Source: Octopus sinensis (Eukaryota). From it: DNA of 64,000 nt. This document shows, piece after piece, positions 39,030 through 52,484 of the stretch. The notes under the pieces are model-generated. The model saw nothing but the letters and a program-made list of their open reading frames with translations. It had not been told where the DNA came from and did not search any database. The position numbers and the translations under genes were made by a program. Location: positions 1 through 64,000 of the forward strand of contig NW_021832598.1 in assembly GCF_006345805.1 (NCBI RefSeq), read 5' to 3'. Position 1 is the stretch's first letter; each line of letters begins with the position of its first letter.

Positions 39030-39165
39030 CAGCAGTAGATGGGATGTAGGTGGGAAATAGATGGGCAGCAGGACGGAGGGCAGTAGATGGGAAGTAGGCA
39101 GGAAGTAGATGAGCAGTAGGTGGGCAGTAGATGGGCAGTAGTTGGGCAGTAGATGGGCGGGAGAT
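39030..39165. repeat. 11-bp minisatellite (GGGCAGTAGAT-like)
   Basis: gggcagtagat gggcagtagtt gggcagtagat gggcggg plus degenerate upstream units. Confidence 0.7.
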
Positions 39166-39745
39166 GCGCAAGATTTTTCAAGCATCTAGTTAGATACTTT
39201 GCTGTAAATATTCCTGCTTTTGGACTTCTAGCTTCAAGTTTGGTCAAATATCGGCATCCCCGTCTTGGTATGAAGAAGAATATTTTGGCATTCAGTTAAG
39301 GTTGATACGCATCCAACCAAAGACACAGCCTAGTTCTTAGCAACCACTCACACACAAATTTATATATATATATATAGTAATATACAGGTAGCTTTCAATT
39401 CTTTTTTTAATTAATGAAAGACCTAGCACTGCTAATAAACATGTTGATGTTTCACACTCGACACACATGGTTAGTCCTCACCATTATTTCCATCACCATA
39501 ATTATGATCGTCAGTGGCAGCCGCAGCATCATCGCCATCATCATCATCAACACCAACCCATTATCATCAACATCGTCTTCGTCATCGTCACCAACCTCAT
39601 CATAATCGTTAATGCATAGAGCAAACAAAATTAAGGGCAACAACATAAATAAAAACACAAAAAATGTATTTTATTATCTTGCTCAAAGTATTTTATTATT
39701 TTATGCACCCGTGATGTACCTCCATGATATCAATATATCAATACA

Positions 39746-39813
<68 letters not shown>

Positions 39814-40209
39814 TATACATGCCAGTATATACATAGTTATCATTTTTGCTCTTCAGTACTATCGAAAGTAATAGCCATATTTATATCGATCGTACACCAA
39901 AGAGAACTTTAAATATAAATTGACTAATTAATATTTTAATAGTTCCTTCCATCTTTTTTTTTCTTCGTTTCTCATTATTTCTCTCACTTTCTTTCTTTTT
40001 TCGTTTTTTTGCTATCCATTTTACTTGAAGAACTATAAAAAAAACTCTGTACGATACAATAGCCGAGTTTCCAGAAAAAAATCTGCACAGAAGCGCCACC
40101 TATTGGCGTGCTCGCGCAGGATTCAGAATCTTTCATCATCACCCTACATAAGCACTGTATACATATATATATATATATTATATATATATATATATATAAT
40201 ATATATATA

Positions 40210-40276
<67 letters not shown>

Positions 40277-40477
40277 CTTAAATGTAGAGTATTGAAACTG
40301 CGTTAAAATTTGAATTGGTAGCGACAGATTATTGTGTTAATAATCGAGCATACTAGGTGGGGAGCATTGTGTTGGAGATTATAACTCCGGATTATGCGAT
40401 ACAGAGACGGACCTTTTATCAATCTGTCTCCCGTTTTTACAAGATAGGTATTTGCTTGGTAGGGTTCATTTTGCAAT

Positions 40478-40642
40478 CTAGAAATCAGAGAAGTTACGTC
40501 TCTTGAAGTAAGTGGAGATTTTTGCGTGGGCTGCAACACGATCTCTAAGAGACCTCAGTTTTGGATAGTTGCTCAGCAGAGATGGGTTCTCATGCAGTGG
40601 ACTTTCAAGGGCGGCGTAGCACATCATATCACACATAGTCAT
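40478..40642 (-). CDS. S-crystallin gene A, coding exon 7 (last): [54 protein letters not shown]
   Basis: tttccttcag acceptor, phase 0, TAG at 40480-40478; S-crystallin C-terminus; missed by the ORF track. Confidence 0.95.
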   Translation of the reverse strand: MTMCDMMCYAALESPLHENPSLLSNYPKLRSLRDRVAAHAKISTYFKRRNFSDF

Positions 40643-40891
40643 CTGAAGGAAAGATACAAAGAGAAGCGTAAGATTGTGAGTTTGTATGTATGCATGTTAA
40701 TACACACATATGCATACACAACATGCACACAAACTAACACGCACACACACACATGCTTTATTTGTGGGTAAAAAATGTAACCAAGGGTTTCATATGGGAA
40801 GCGTTACACAATTTTTCAACTGAACAGCTTTTGCATATTGATTAAACCTCTCACGTGTGCATACACACAAACACATATACACACGCACGCA

Positions 40892-40947
<56 letters not shown>

Positions 40948-41629
40948 CTTTGTTTATTGACAAAAAGCAACCAAGGGTTTCATATTGAAAGCATTCCGCA
41001 ATTTTTCAACCGACGCACTTTCCAATGCTGGTAAACATCTCATGTATGCATACGCACACGCACACGCACACAAACACACTCACTCACACACACACGCGCG
41101 CGCACTCATATATACATATGTATATATAAATACCTGATCTGATGCGATCAGGTATACTGTTTGCATGCATAGAAATTATGTCGTTTATGGAATCAGAAAA
41201 ACAGAAACTATTCAAAGAGTGGGGCGTTTTGAGAATGGTAAAAGAAAGATATACGGACAAATACATAACCGTAACCACGGCGCATGCAAACATGTATGAT
41301 ATACGAAAAATAACATTTCTAGGCACCGCACATATATTTGGTAAGTTTGTTTTTTTTCAGTGTAATAAACGTAATAAAACCAAAACAAAATTTGAACACA
41401 CTATATGTAGGAGGAGGTACCAAGACGTTCCAGCGCGCTAACAGATGGCGGCACACGGTTGTGTACGCAGTGTGCAGTAAAGATTGTCTGTGCCCTTCAT
41501 GAGGCAGTGCGCTGATTAACCATGCTCTGGGATATGCCAATACACACAGATAGCGAAATAAGTCTGGATACGTGTCAGAGATCACTTTCTAATCGTTGTA
41601 TCAAATCTAATACATGACAGTGTTTCTCT

Positions 41630-41986
41630 AAAAAAATGGAGAAACTTTCAAAATGCAAAGATCTAGAAATAGAGGCAACTCGAGTGTGGAGCATAAAAAC
41701 AAACAATTCCTATAGTAGTAGGCGCATTAGGTATGTTAAGAAAACATTCAGACAAATACATAACAAATACCCCGGGACTAACAAGTATATATAACATACA
41801 GAAAATAGCACTACTAGGTACTGCACACATAATACGTAAAACACTTTCAATACAGTGAATATAAGAGCACCACAGCAAACCACAGCACATACCCAAGACA
41901 CAAAGAGCTGCGCTCGGTAGTGCAGTGAAAGCATGTGATGAAAATGACATTACTGCATAATAATAATAGTGATGATGATGATGATG

Positions 41987-42034
<48 letters not shown>

Positions 42035-42050
42035 TAATAATAATAATAAC
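41630..42050 (+). mobile_element. Dong/R4-clade LINE 3' end with (TAA)n tail
   Basis: KCKDLEIE..IPIVVGALG..YNIQKIALLGTAHIIRKTL*, short 3' UTR and TAA tail; weaker copy at about 41130-41345. Confidence 0.7.
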
Positions 42051-42054
42051 GTAC

Positions 42055-42162
42055 TTGGTCACCCATGAAGTACTGATTTCCATTGTGGTACATTTCCAAA
42101 GTTCTCTCCATGAAAGGAAGCACCCTGCGACAAGTTTCCATAAACCTTCTTCGCCTTTCGTA
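42055..42162 (-). CDS. Gene A coding exon 6: [36 protein letters not shown]
   Basis: cttgcttttag acceptor, gtacgt donor, 108 nt, phase 0-0. Confidence 0.95.
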
Positions 42163-42463
42163 CTAAAAGCAAGAAAGCATAAATGAATATTAGATTAGAT
42201 GCAGCGGTTTTTCATTATGATAAATATCTTTACTCTCTTAACTGATGGTATGTTGTACTGCTTGTTGAAGTTCATACCGCGAACACACAGATGAAGACAC
42301 AGATACATACACGCTCACACACACGTTCGTTTCTACGTTAGGCTGTAACAAAAATGTTTACACTAAACTGAAATAACGGTCAATAATTTTGTAGTGTCCA
42401 TAGTTATCATTCTTTTCCAAGAGTAGTGTTCACTGCGTCTTCGAAATTTCGATTTCCTTAGCC

Positions 42464-42510
<47 letters not shown>

Positions 42511-42713
42511 GGTGCCTTCTTTCAGTTCCGTCTACCATATCAACGCACAAGGCTTTGGTCGGCCCGAGAATATAATAGAAGACACTTGCCCAAGGTGTCT
42601 CGCAGTGGGATTGAACCCGGAACATGTGGTTGGTAAGCAGCTACTTGCCATACAGCCACTCCTATATATACATATTCATATATACGTATAGGTGTATATA
42701 CATAACCATTGAT

Positions 42714-42763
<50 letters not shown>

Positions 42764-42770
42764 ATATATA

Positions 42771-42803
<33 letters not shown>

Positions 42804-43327
42804 ATAAATAATATAAATTGTTAGGTAGGTAGGTAAGTAGATGTACATATATATATATATATACATACACACAAACACACGCATATATATATATATATAT
42901 ATATATATGCTAGCTAGCTAGCTAGATAGATAGAGCGGTTAATATATGAAACGATGATGTTCATAATTATTTTTTAAAATTCAATTACGATGGATAATTC
43001 TTCTTAGAAATGTATTGTCTTCTGCGGCGATGGAAACTATTCGTGTAAAATATTAACAAACACGACTATTTCGAAGTTCAATCTATTTTATTAACGCCTT
43101 TTCATGTTTCATTGACTGAATATGTTGAACACTAACTGAGATTTCTTCTATGAACTCCGTAGTATTCACTGAACAATATCAATATTAGTTTTAAATAAAT
43201 ATACTATATTTTGCTGTCTCTTGCTGGTATTCAGAAGGTCGTTTAAGGTGAGATTTTTTTTATTTTATTGTAAAAAACAAAATCTACTCTAACTTGTGTA
43301 CGCATACACACACGTGTGTGTGTCTGT

Positions 43328-43382
<55 letters not shown>

Positions 43383-43546
43383 GTGTGTGTGTGTGTGTGG
43401 TGTGTGTGTGTGTGTGGTGTGTGTGTGTATATACTTGCACATACGTAAGCATAAGTTTGCATATATTTGTACGCAGGTGTGTTTTGAATGTGCATGTATA
43501 TCTCTATATATTTGTGCATATATATATATATATATACACCTATGAG

Positions 43547-43579
<33 letters not shown>

Positions 43580-43984
43580 TGTGTGAATGTATATATATAT
43601 ATGTATACGCACATGTTTCCTACAATTTGATTCCATAAAGATAGATTCTTTTCAAACGAAAAAGAAAACGTTATTTTAATTGTAAGTATATCGTTACAAA
43701 ATAAATAACATGAGGGATATAGCAACATAGAATGACACGGTGAAAACTAATTAAAGAGTTGTTAGAAAATTGCTTCAAATCGTTAAAGTTGTGATGTTAA
43801 TCTTTTGAGATAAAAGAATTATAAGTGAAAGCTATCAGTGAAAAGGAACAAGCTCCATTTATATTTAACTAGCGTGCAAGTAAAATAGTTGATTGTATCA
43901 ACACCATTGCTTAATTGATACCAGTTTTATCGATTCAGAAGTGATTATAATTAAGCTTGAGCTCTGGACGGAGATGGAGAGATT

Positions 43985-44371
43985 AACTAGATATCCAATC
44001 CGTCAGAAGAGAATTAATACATTCGAGCTTTGGTGTTGGAGAAGACTTTTACGGATTCCATGGACAGCGAGTCTCACCAATGGAGAAGTTCTTAAGCTAG
44101 ATCAGGCCGAAAATGTCGCTAGAAGCTAGGATCACCAAGCATAGATTGGCATATGTCGGTCATATTATGCGGAGAAAATCCCTGGAGAAGGACATCATGC
44201 TCGGAATGGTCAGTGGCAAGAGAGGAAGAGGCCGACCAAGAACCCGCTGGCTTGACGCCATCAAGTGTGATACCGGAATGGACATAGCCAATCTGAAAGA
44301 AGCGGTCCAGGATAGAACTGACTGGAGGACACTGATCCAACGAGTAACCGAGAGTCGACTTCGACTGAGCG

Positions 44372-44376
<5 letters not shown>
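43985..44376 (+). mobile_element. RTE (BovB-like) LINE 3' fragment ending in a (GATA)n tail
   Basis: FELWCWRRLLRIPWT, GHIMRR, RGRGRPRTRWLD and DRTDWR; stop runs into the GATA array 44372-44537. Confidence 0.8.
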
Positions 44377-44441
<65 letters not shown>

Positions 44442-44442
44442 C

Positions 44443-44536
<94 letters not shown>

Positions 44537-44569
44537 CTGAACAACAAAGAAAAAAGGACAGAATCTTAC

Positions 44570-44800
44570 CATTACGCCTTCGTTGAAACTGTCGGAATAA
44601 GAGCCAGAGTAAGAGCCAGGACCCATGTCGGAACTAAGGCCAGAGGTGAAATCTGATCTCATGCCGGGTTGCATGCCGGATTGCATGCCGGTCTGCATTT
44701 CTGTCCTCATATCTGACCTCATGTCTGATCTCATGTCTGATCTCATGTCTGACCACATGTCAGGTCGCATGTCGGAAGACATGTCACAACCCATGTTCGA
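44570..44800 (-). CDS. Gene A coding exon 5 (loop exon b, 77 aa): [77 protein letters not shown]
   Basis: ttcttttctag acceptor, gtaaga donor, 231 nt, phase 0-0, open frame, at the known S-crystallin loop position. Confidence 0.88.
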
Positions 44801-44960
44801 CTAGAAAAGAACAGATAATAATAATAATAACAACAACAGCAACAACAACAACAACACCAACAACAATAATGATAATAATAATAAAAATAATATTAATAAT
44901 GATAATAGTAATAATAGCGATGATGATGATGACGACGACGACGACGACGACGACGACGGC

Positions 44961-45009
<49 letters not shown>

Positions 45010-45655
45010 TTGATGATGAACCCTTTAATATATTCACTAGTCACCGTTACTAACTCTCTGTAGAATGATGCAATTGCTGAAGTTTCAATGACTGCATTTC
45101 ACGACTAATAGACAGCTGCGATACCTTCACAGCATTCCACACACTCAATTTTCATTTACGCTTGTCCATCGATTGCACATTCGTCAAAGCATTAATGAAC
45201 TATGTGATCATTTGCATGACAAACTATGACTACACCTGATAACCGTTCAGGGTTCTTTGTAGGTTTCTCAGCTTTATCTTGTACCTGGATATCATCAGCT
45301 ATGGCATTCCGAGCATTCCAAGCAGAAGTTGATTGACAGCTAAACCATCTGAAGAGTGGAGTTCGTTTCTTCCTCAAGAAGAGTAAGGCCAAAATATATA
45401 ATCATATCAGAGACAGGATAGCTCATGACATAACTGTTAGGCGATAACATATTAAGCACCTGCGACATCTATTGCATTATTCTGTATGTGACTGACTACC
45501 TGCTCGTAATTTTGTATAATTAGGTATCAAGCATCTGAACAGCATGTTTAGTGCAGAAACAGATGCTGGCCGACTATGAACCTTGCTTGGTACTGAGCTG
45601 TAATAGCTGATGCGTTCTCTTTATTGCATGCTTCTGCTATCACTTCAATGTGTGT

Positions 45656-45962
45656 TCGGTTTGTTCTATCTCGAGCCACGCCGGGCTCATAAGGGCCGGT
45701 TTCCCGGTTTCCTCGGCGTATAGATTCCCCACCTGGACGGGACGCCGGTCTGTCGCAGGTGAGCTGCAAGATGCAGGAGGAAAGAGTGAGAGAAAGTTGT
45801 GGCGAAAGAATCAGCAGGAGTTCGTCATTACTTTCTGCCTGAGCCGCGTGGAGCTTAGGTGTTTCGCTCATAAACACACACATCACCCGGTCTGAGATTC
45901 GAACCCGCGATCCCTCGACCGCGAGTCCGCTGCTCTAACCACTAGGCCATGTGCCTCCACAT
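45656..45962 (-). mobile_element. Full-length tRNA-derived SINE with 14-bp TSD
   Basis: acttcaatgtgtgt at 45642-45655 and 45963-45976; intact tRNA-like head. Confidence 0.85.
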
Positions 45963-46784
45963 ACTTCAATGTGTGTGTGGCTTAGTGGTCATTGTGTTTA
46001 GCTCACAATTATAATACAGAAAGTTTGATTACTAGACAGAGCAATGCGAAGTGTCTCTGAGCATTGAATTTATTTTCAAGTTGCTTTAGTCTACTCAGCT
46101 GAAAGTGTGTAGAAGCCGGGTATTACTGCAGCTGTCTCTCCCACTTCAATTGCCATATCCTGCATCTGACGTTGGGTCAAGAGTGGGATGATCGAGAGAG
46201 TCGAGAGTGTCGGGAGAGTCGGGAGAGTCAAGAGAGTCGAATGAGTGACTATGTCTATTATTGATTACATAGTCAACTAAGACAATTAGCGAAAGCATGA
46301 TAAATCCTACAAGAAAATAATCGTTGACAATTAACGACTTCCTCTTACGTCACAATTTTGCAATCCTTTAATATATATGTCTATGGCCTCGATTACTGAG
46401 CTGTTCCTCAGAATGATGATGTTGTTGTCAACGTATGTTAGCACAATTCTCGATAATAAAATTGGAACTGAGTGCTCCTTACACATCATACTGTTGCAGT
46501 GCAGTTTCAAGGGTCAACATCTATAATAGTGTTTAAATGGGACAAACCTATCTGATGTATAGTGTAATGTAAAACATCTTCCGTATGTAGCCATTTAGCA
46601 GGACCAATGATCGAAGTAAAACCGAACTGAGCTGTACTTAAATTAAAACGATCCAATCCCTGAAAACGAAGCTAAGACTAAAGGTATAACCATGAAGCTA
46701 TTAGGATTCGTTGGCAAACCCTGTCGTATGATCTATATTGATGCAAATGTTTCAGAGCCAGATTTATAACCCACTTTCTTGTAC

Positions 46785-46955
46785 CAGTTTCATCTTAAGG
46801 TATGAGCACACTGGGCAGTTGCCAGGGGGTCTCTCGGGTCTAGAGACCCAGTTCTAATATACGTACGTGTGACGGCTTGCTGTGATTTAATAAATATTCT
46901 AAGGCCTAGTGCAATGAATTGCCTGGGGGCCTATAATACTGCTAAGATGACCCTG
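46785..46955. mobile_element. hAT-like MITE, degenerate
   Basis: cagtttcatcttaag / ctaagatgaccctg ends; flanks tcttgtac and cactgtac resemble an 8-bp TSD. Confidence 0.45.
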
Positions 46956-47517
46956 CACTGTACTATGATCGCACGAGAGGAAGGTTGTCCTAGATAGATC
47001 TGCCATAAATATATAAGTCTGTATGACACCATCGAGAAATACCAATAACATTGGTAGTACATTAGTCAAAGTCTTTAACCTTGCATTTATCAGATTATTT
47101 GAAGTAAATTATCAAATATATTTCTTGTTTACGTTTTTCCTCTCCAGCAAAATCCTTTCCCAGCTCACAAAAGTGGACATGTTCCCACTCTGCTGCCAGT
47201 TGAAGTGAATATATGTCAACAGAGTAGCGAACAAGCCTTGCATACAGAGCAAATACGAAGCTGGTTACGCAGACTCAATAGTGTTGTTAAATGTCTTTAT
47301 ATATTTCATCTGATGTATAATTATCATATGCAATGTGTTTGCATGCGTATTTAAGTGTTACTGTATGTTGTTTGTACCTTAACTTTGACGTATGCGACAG
47401 AAATTATGTGAAGGTGAAATTAATTAATCGAATGTATTAAATAGGAATCAGAGAGATAGATTGATAGATAGATAAATAGATAGCTAGATATATACACAGA
47501 CAGATAGACAGACAGAC

Positions 47518-47621
<104 letters not shown>

Positions 47622-47726
47622 TGGCAGACAGAGAGACAAACAGAGAAATAAACAGATAGATATGTGCATAGAAGTACTCAATATCTTATTAGAGTGTGAA
47701 ACAACAAAATATCTAAAAGTTCTTAC

Positions 47727-47780
47727 CATTCTACCATCAAGATCAGTGTAACGTTGACGCATGTCAGACATTCTGTCCCA
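47727..47780 (-). CDS. Gene A coding exon 4 (loop exon a, 18 aa): WDRMSDMRQRYTDLDGRM
   Basis: tttcctttgcag acceptor, gtaaga donor, 54 nt, phase 0-0; Met/Asp/Arg composition and SDMR motif shared with loop exon b. Confidence 0.8.
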
Positions 47781-49249
47781 CTGCAAAGGAAATTAAAAAC
47801 ATGCATGTATCGATTGTAACATCGTAACAAATGTACAATATGACAGCATTCTTACCACATTAAAAAAATGAGGTCCGAAGTATAAATTAGATATACAATG
47901 CACTAAACCGTTATATTATAAGTGGCTTTAATTTCTTGATAAATAGATGTGTGCGTGTGTGTGTGTGTGAGTGTGTATGTGTGTGAGTACTTGCGTGTAT
48001 GAATATATATATATAGTTATTGTATATTCTGTTAAGAACGTAGAAGTGTACGGTATAAAACTCGTCCACCTTCTGATTTACCCTGTGCTATCTAGTAGTA
48101 ATATAGTATGTACTTCCAGGTTTGCACTTGGGCACCTGTCGTGTGTGAACATATAACAGAAAAAAATGGATTCAACAAGAAGGGGTACGGCTGGACATTT
48201 ATTTTTTAATCACTACAGTTGTTTCCACGCGACGTTGTTCTCTAGGAATGCAGGTACTTGATTATGTAACTCTTTCCTTGCATAATGAGATCTAGTTGTG
48301 TTTTCTAAGGCGATACGCAACTATTGTCTCCGTAAGTTTAAAATCCTTGGTTTCAACAACACCCCTTCTGTCTGTTGTGGCCTAAATTCAGTAGTAGTCA
48401 CTGAGCTTATCAGGGTGTATTGTTGTTGAAGGGCCATTGGCAGACTGCTTTTAATCAGTAGATGTATTGGGATAGTGATTCTTGGTATTGTTAAAGGGGT
48501 TGCTGTTATAAAGGGATTGACATTTTATTTCCTTGTACTGCTGTTTTGTTCTACACGGTTTGCTACACATGCAGATTTCCTTAGCTGACCTTTAAAATTC
48601 AGCGCTCGGACACATACACACATATACACACACATAAAATTGAGATTCAGTTGAATTAGGTACTTAAGTTGAAGCACCAAGTTAGTCCGGTATTATCAGC
48701 ACAGCTCGAATGTGAATAAAATCAAAATAAGCAACACGCTATTAAGTTGTGATGCAGAACGACCGTTTCAAGAGGCTCCACTTAATTGAACAATGTAATC
48801 ATTACATCAATTGAAATACAGTGCCATCTTCAGTTGCACCAATAAATAAATGGAATTTTAACAACTAGGGCACATTAAAATAATTTTTCTCAAATATTTT
48901 AACAGAGGAAGAAGAGGGAAGACATTTATGTTGCCGCTGTTGTAGCTAAGAATAGACTACACAGCTAAGAATCACATGGAGCATAGTGGGGTCATAGGGT
49001 TGTAAGGGATTGTAATTAATTTCTCATTCATTATTCTCTTTATCAACTACTAAATCTCAGAATAGAAGACTGTATCTATTTTGAATAAAGGACAAGAGTG
49101 AGTTGACAGCTCATGGCTAAGTGCGCTCATAGATATTTATCTGTGAGTGTTACAGATGCGGGGGCGCTATGCAGTGATGAGTGAAATAGTTATGCTATCA
49201 TCAGTTCGAATATACTTGAGGCACGTTTGAACCGGTGAACAAAATACAT

Positions 49250-49518
49250 ACTGCATTTTGGCACGGTAAAATATATCCCGTCTTTTGACAAATGGCGTGT
49301 ATATCAGTTCGCATCGCTACCTACCCAGACCGTAAGATGCAAGCATCTTTTCAATCAGCTTGTAGTGCCGACCACCTGGTGTCTGTGACCGAGGAGGAGA
49401 TAGCTACTCCGAATTCTTACATATCACGGTCTTCGTAGCTAACGCTGCGAACTGATATAGATGTATACATACCATTTGTCAACAAACAGGATATATTTTC
49501 CGTGATAAAAGGCAGTGA
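49250..49518. mobile_element. Foldback/MITE-like element with long imperfect TIRs
   Basis: cacggtaaaatatatccc..ttgacaaatgg..tatatcagttcgca mirrored by tgcgaactgatata..ccatttgtcaa..ggatatattttccgtg; inner gaccgt..aag arms also pair. Confidence 0.6.
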
Positions 49519-49613
49519 GTAGCTTTTTCATAGGTCCGAATGTGATTCAAGCGTATTGGTACGGACAACAGCTTTACTATACACACACACAGACACAACA
49601 CACACACACACAC

Positions 49614-49696
<83 letters not shown>

Positions 49697-50856
49697 ATTA
49701 TTTTTATCTCTTATGTTGTTCAGTTCTTATCGTGAACTGTGGCAAAGGTGGGGCAACACTTTGAAAGAAAGGATTCATCAGAACAAATCGACACTTTTTT
49801 TTTGCTTATTTATTCATTTATACATTTATTTAGTCGTAAACTCTGCTTCTTATACGGTCGGTTCCATTACAGAAACGCCGTTACGCTGAACGTAAACAAG
49901 CCAACACCAGTTGTCACGCAGTAGAGGTTACGAACCCAAACTCTAAGATACGCCACACACAGCCGCACGCACACACAGGCACGCACGCGCTTTCACTCAC
50001 ACATATACGATAAGCTTATGCACAGTTTGCGTCAACCAAACTCGATCATACGGCGTTGGTCGGCCCGTGGCTATAATAGAAGATATTTGCCCATGATGCT
50101 GTACACAGGGAAAAGCTAAGACTGTATGTTGATTCACGCCTTATTCTGAGGTGGCCATCAATACGAATCCAAATTGCTTCTTCACACATCAAATGAAGTC
50201 CTACGTGCGCGATTGTTACATAAGATGTGTGTTTATTATTCTAAACCTCGGAGGGCAATCAAAATCCAGACCTAAACAGAAGGAACGTCGTCGTGGGAGA
50301 GATAGAGACAGAGAGGGCGGAAGGAAGGGAGAGAGAGAGATGGAGTGAGAGAAACAAAGACAACAATCCACTGCGAGTACTGGTGTACTGCAGCTATCTC
50401 TCCCACTTCAATTGCCACATCCTGCATCTGCCGTTGGGTCAAGAGCTTTACCAGATTAAAGAAAATTTCAAATACACTTTGCACAGAACTGGGGACGAAT
50501 ACCGTTAGGCATTTGTGCCGAAGTTTTTGCAACTATCAAAGTTCATGCCTCATATTTCATAAAGGTAGATACAGATATATGAATATATCTGTATGTACGT
50601 GTACACATGTGTATGTGTCTGTGAGTGTGTAAAACATGAGTATAACACAGGTTTGTATTAAAGATCTTACGAGCGTTTCAACATTATGGTTGTTTGGAGC
50701 CCTTCGATGCATGCTCCAAATGCATATAGGTGTCCAACCATAAAGGATCCTCAAGCGACAATCTATGGCATCAGGTTTTATATGAGTAGTGTAATATATA
50801 GATTCAGAGAAGCCCCATACTGTGGTAGCTGCAAGATTCTCTGAGTTTATGTCTTA

Positions 50857-50896
<40 letters not shown>

Positions 50897-51306
50897 ATAT
50901 ATACTCTTTACCCTTTTACTTGTTTCAGTTATTCGACTGCGGCCATGCTGGAGCAGCGCCTTTAGTCGGGTAAATCGACCTCAGGACTTATTCTCTGTAA
51001 GCTTGGTACTTATTCTATAGTTCCCAAGCGATGTTGGGAGGGGGTAAAACACAGACACACAAACACAGACACACAAACACACACACACACACGCGCACAC
51101 ACATATATGATATATACGACGGGCTTCTTTCAGTTTCCGTCTACCATATCCACTCACAAGGCTTTGGTCGGCCCGAGGCTATAGTAGAAGGCACTTGTCC
51201 AAGGTGCAACGCAGTGGGACTGAACCCGAAACCATGTGGTTTGTAAGCAAGCTACTTACCACAGAACCACTCCTGCATCCTAACAAAACCTCACCATTTA
51301 CTGACT

Positions 51307-51339
<33 letters not shown>

Positions 51340-51367
51340 TGCATGTGTGTGTGTGAGAGAGAGAGAC

Positions 51368-51442
<75 letters not shown>

Positions 51443-51513
51443 CATACAGCTTCTATGTGGCTGCATGTTTCACTATGGTTACATCAAGAAGGAAACAATA
51501 GCGTTTAACCTAC

Positions 51514-51629
51514 CATCATTCTGCCGTCTCTGTCATGGTACATCCTCATGTAGTCATCCATGATATCAAAGAAACTATCAGAAATGTAATCGATGCGTGC
51601 CATATCGATGTTGTTTTTACCGTGATAAC
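51514..51629 (-). CDS. Gene A coding exon 3: (G)[38 protein letters not shown]
   Basis: tcttctacag acceptor, gtaggt donor, 116 nt, phase 1-0; S-crystallin [10 protein letters not shown]; missed by the ORF track. Confidence 0.95.
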
Positions 51630-51723
51630 CTGTAGAAGACAGACGTTGATGATTACATATACATATACTTACATACATACATATATATATACATATACAT
51701 ACATATAATATATATATATATAA

Positions 51724-51762
<39 letters not shown>

Positions 51763-52308
51763 ATGTTACGACGACGAGGGTTCCGGTGATCCGAATCAAC
51801 GGAACAGCTGCTCGTGAAATTAACGTGTAAGTGGCTGAGCACTCCACAGACACGTGTACCCTTAACGTAGTCTCGGGGATATTCAGCGTGACACAGAGAG
51901 TGACAAGGCCGGCCTTTGAAAACAGGTACAACAGAAACAGGAAGTAAGAGTGAGAGAAAGTTATGGTGAAAGAGTACAGCAGGGATCACCACCATCCCCT
52001 GCCGGAGCATCGTGGAGCTTTAGGTGTTTCCGCTAAATAAACACTCACAACGCCCGGTCTGGGAATCGAAACCGCGATCCTATGACCGCGAGTCCGCTGC
52101 CCTAACCACTGGGCCATTGCGCCTCCATATATATATAGATGGTAAGACAACAAAAGAATGAAAAAGACCTCGATATTGTGTAAATAGAGGAATTTATCTG
52201 TAAAAGTAATATGTGACAATTTTTCGGTAGCCATGGTAAAAGTCCGCCATCTCTTTAGTTATCCGGCAAAAAAAAAATGAAAAAAAGGGAAAAAAAAGCC
52301 GATGGCCG

Positions 52309-52369
52309 GATAACTGAAGATTTGGCGGCGTGGATTTCCACCTCGACATCCGAAACTCGGAGTTTTATC
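52309..52369 (+). ncRNA. Hammerhead-like motif in a solo PLE-tail element
   Basis: GATAA-CTGAAGA-tttg..catc-C-GAAACTCGGAGT-T-TTATC; stem II partly decayed. Confidence 0.5.
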
Positions 52370-52431
52370 ATGGCTACCGAATAATTGTCCCATATTACAT
52401 TTACAGTTATATATACATAACATATATATAT

Positions 52432-52484
<53 letters not shown>

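Noticed and set aside
45100-45655. Protein-like fragments (45192-45392, 45548-45886) as extra loop exons
   Set aside because: Stops in frame, no good splice pairs, interrupted by a SINE; probably decayed TE that I cannot classify
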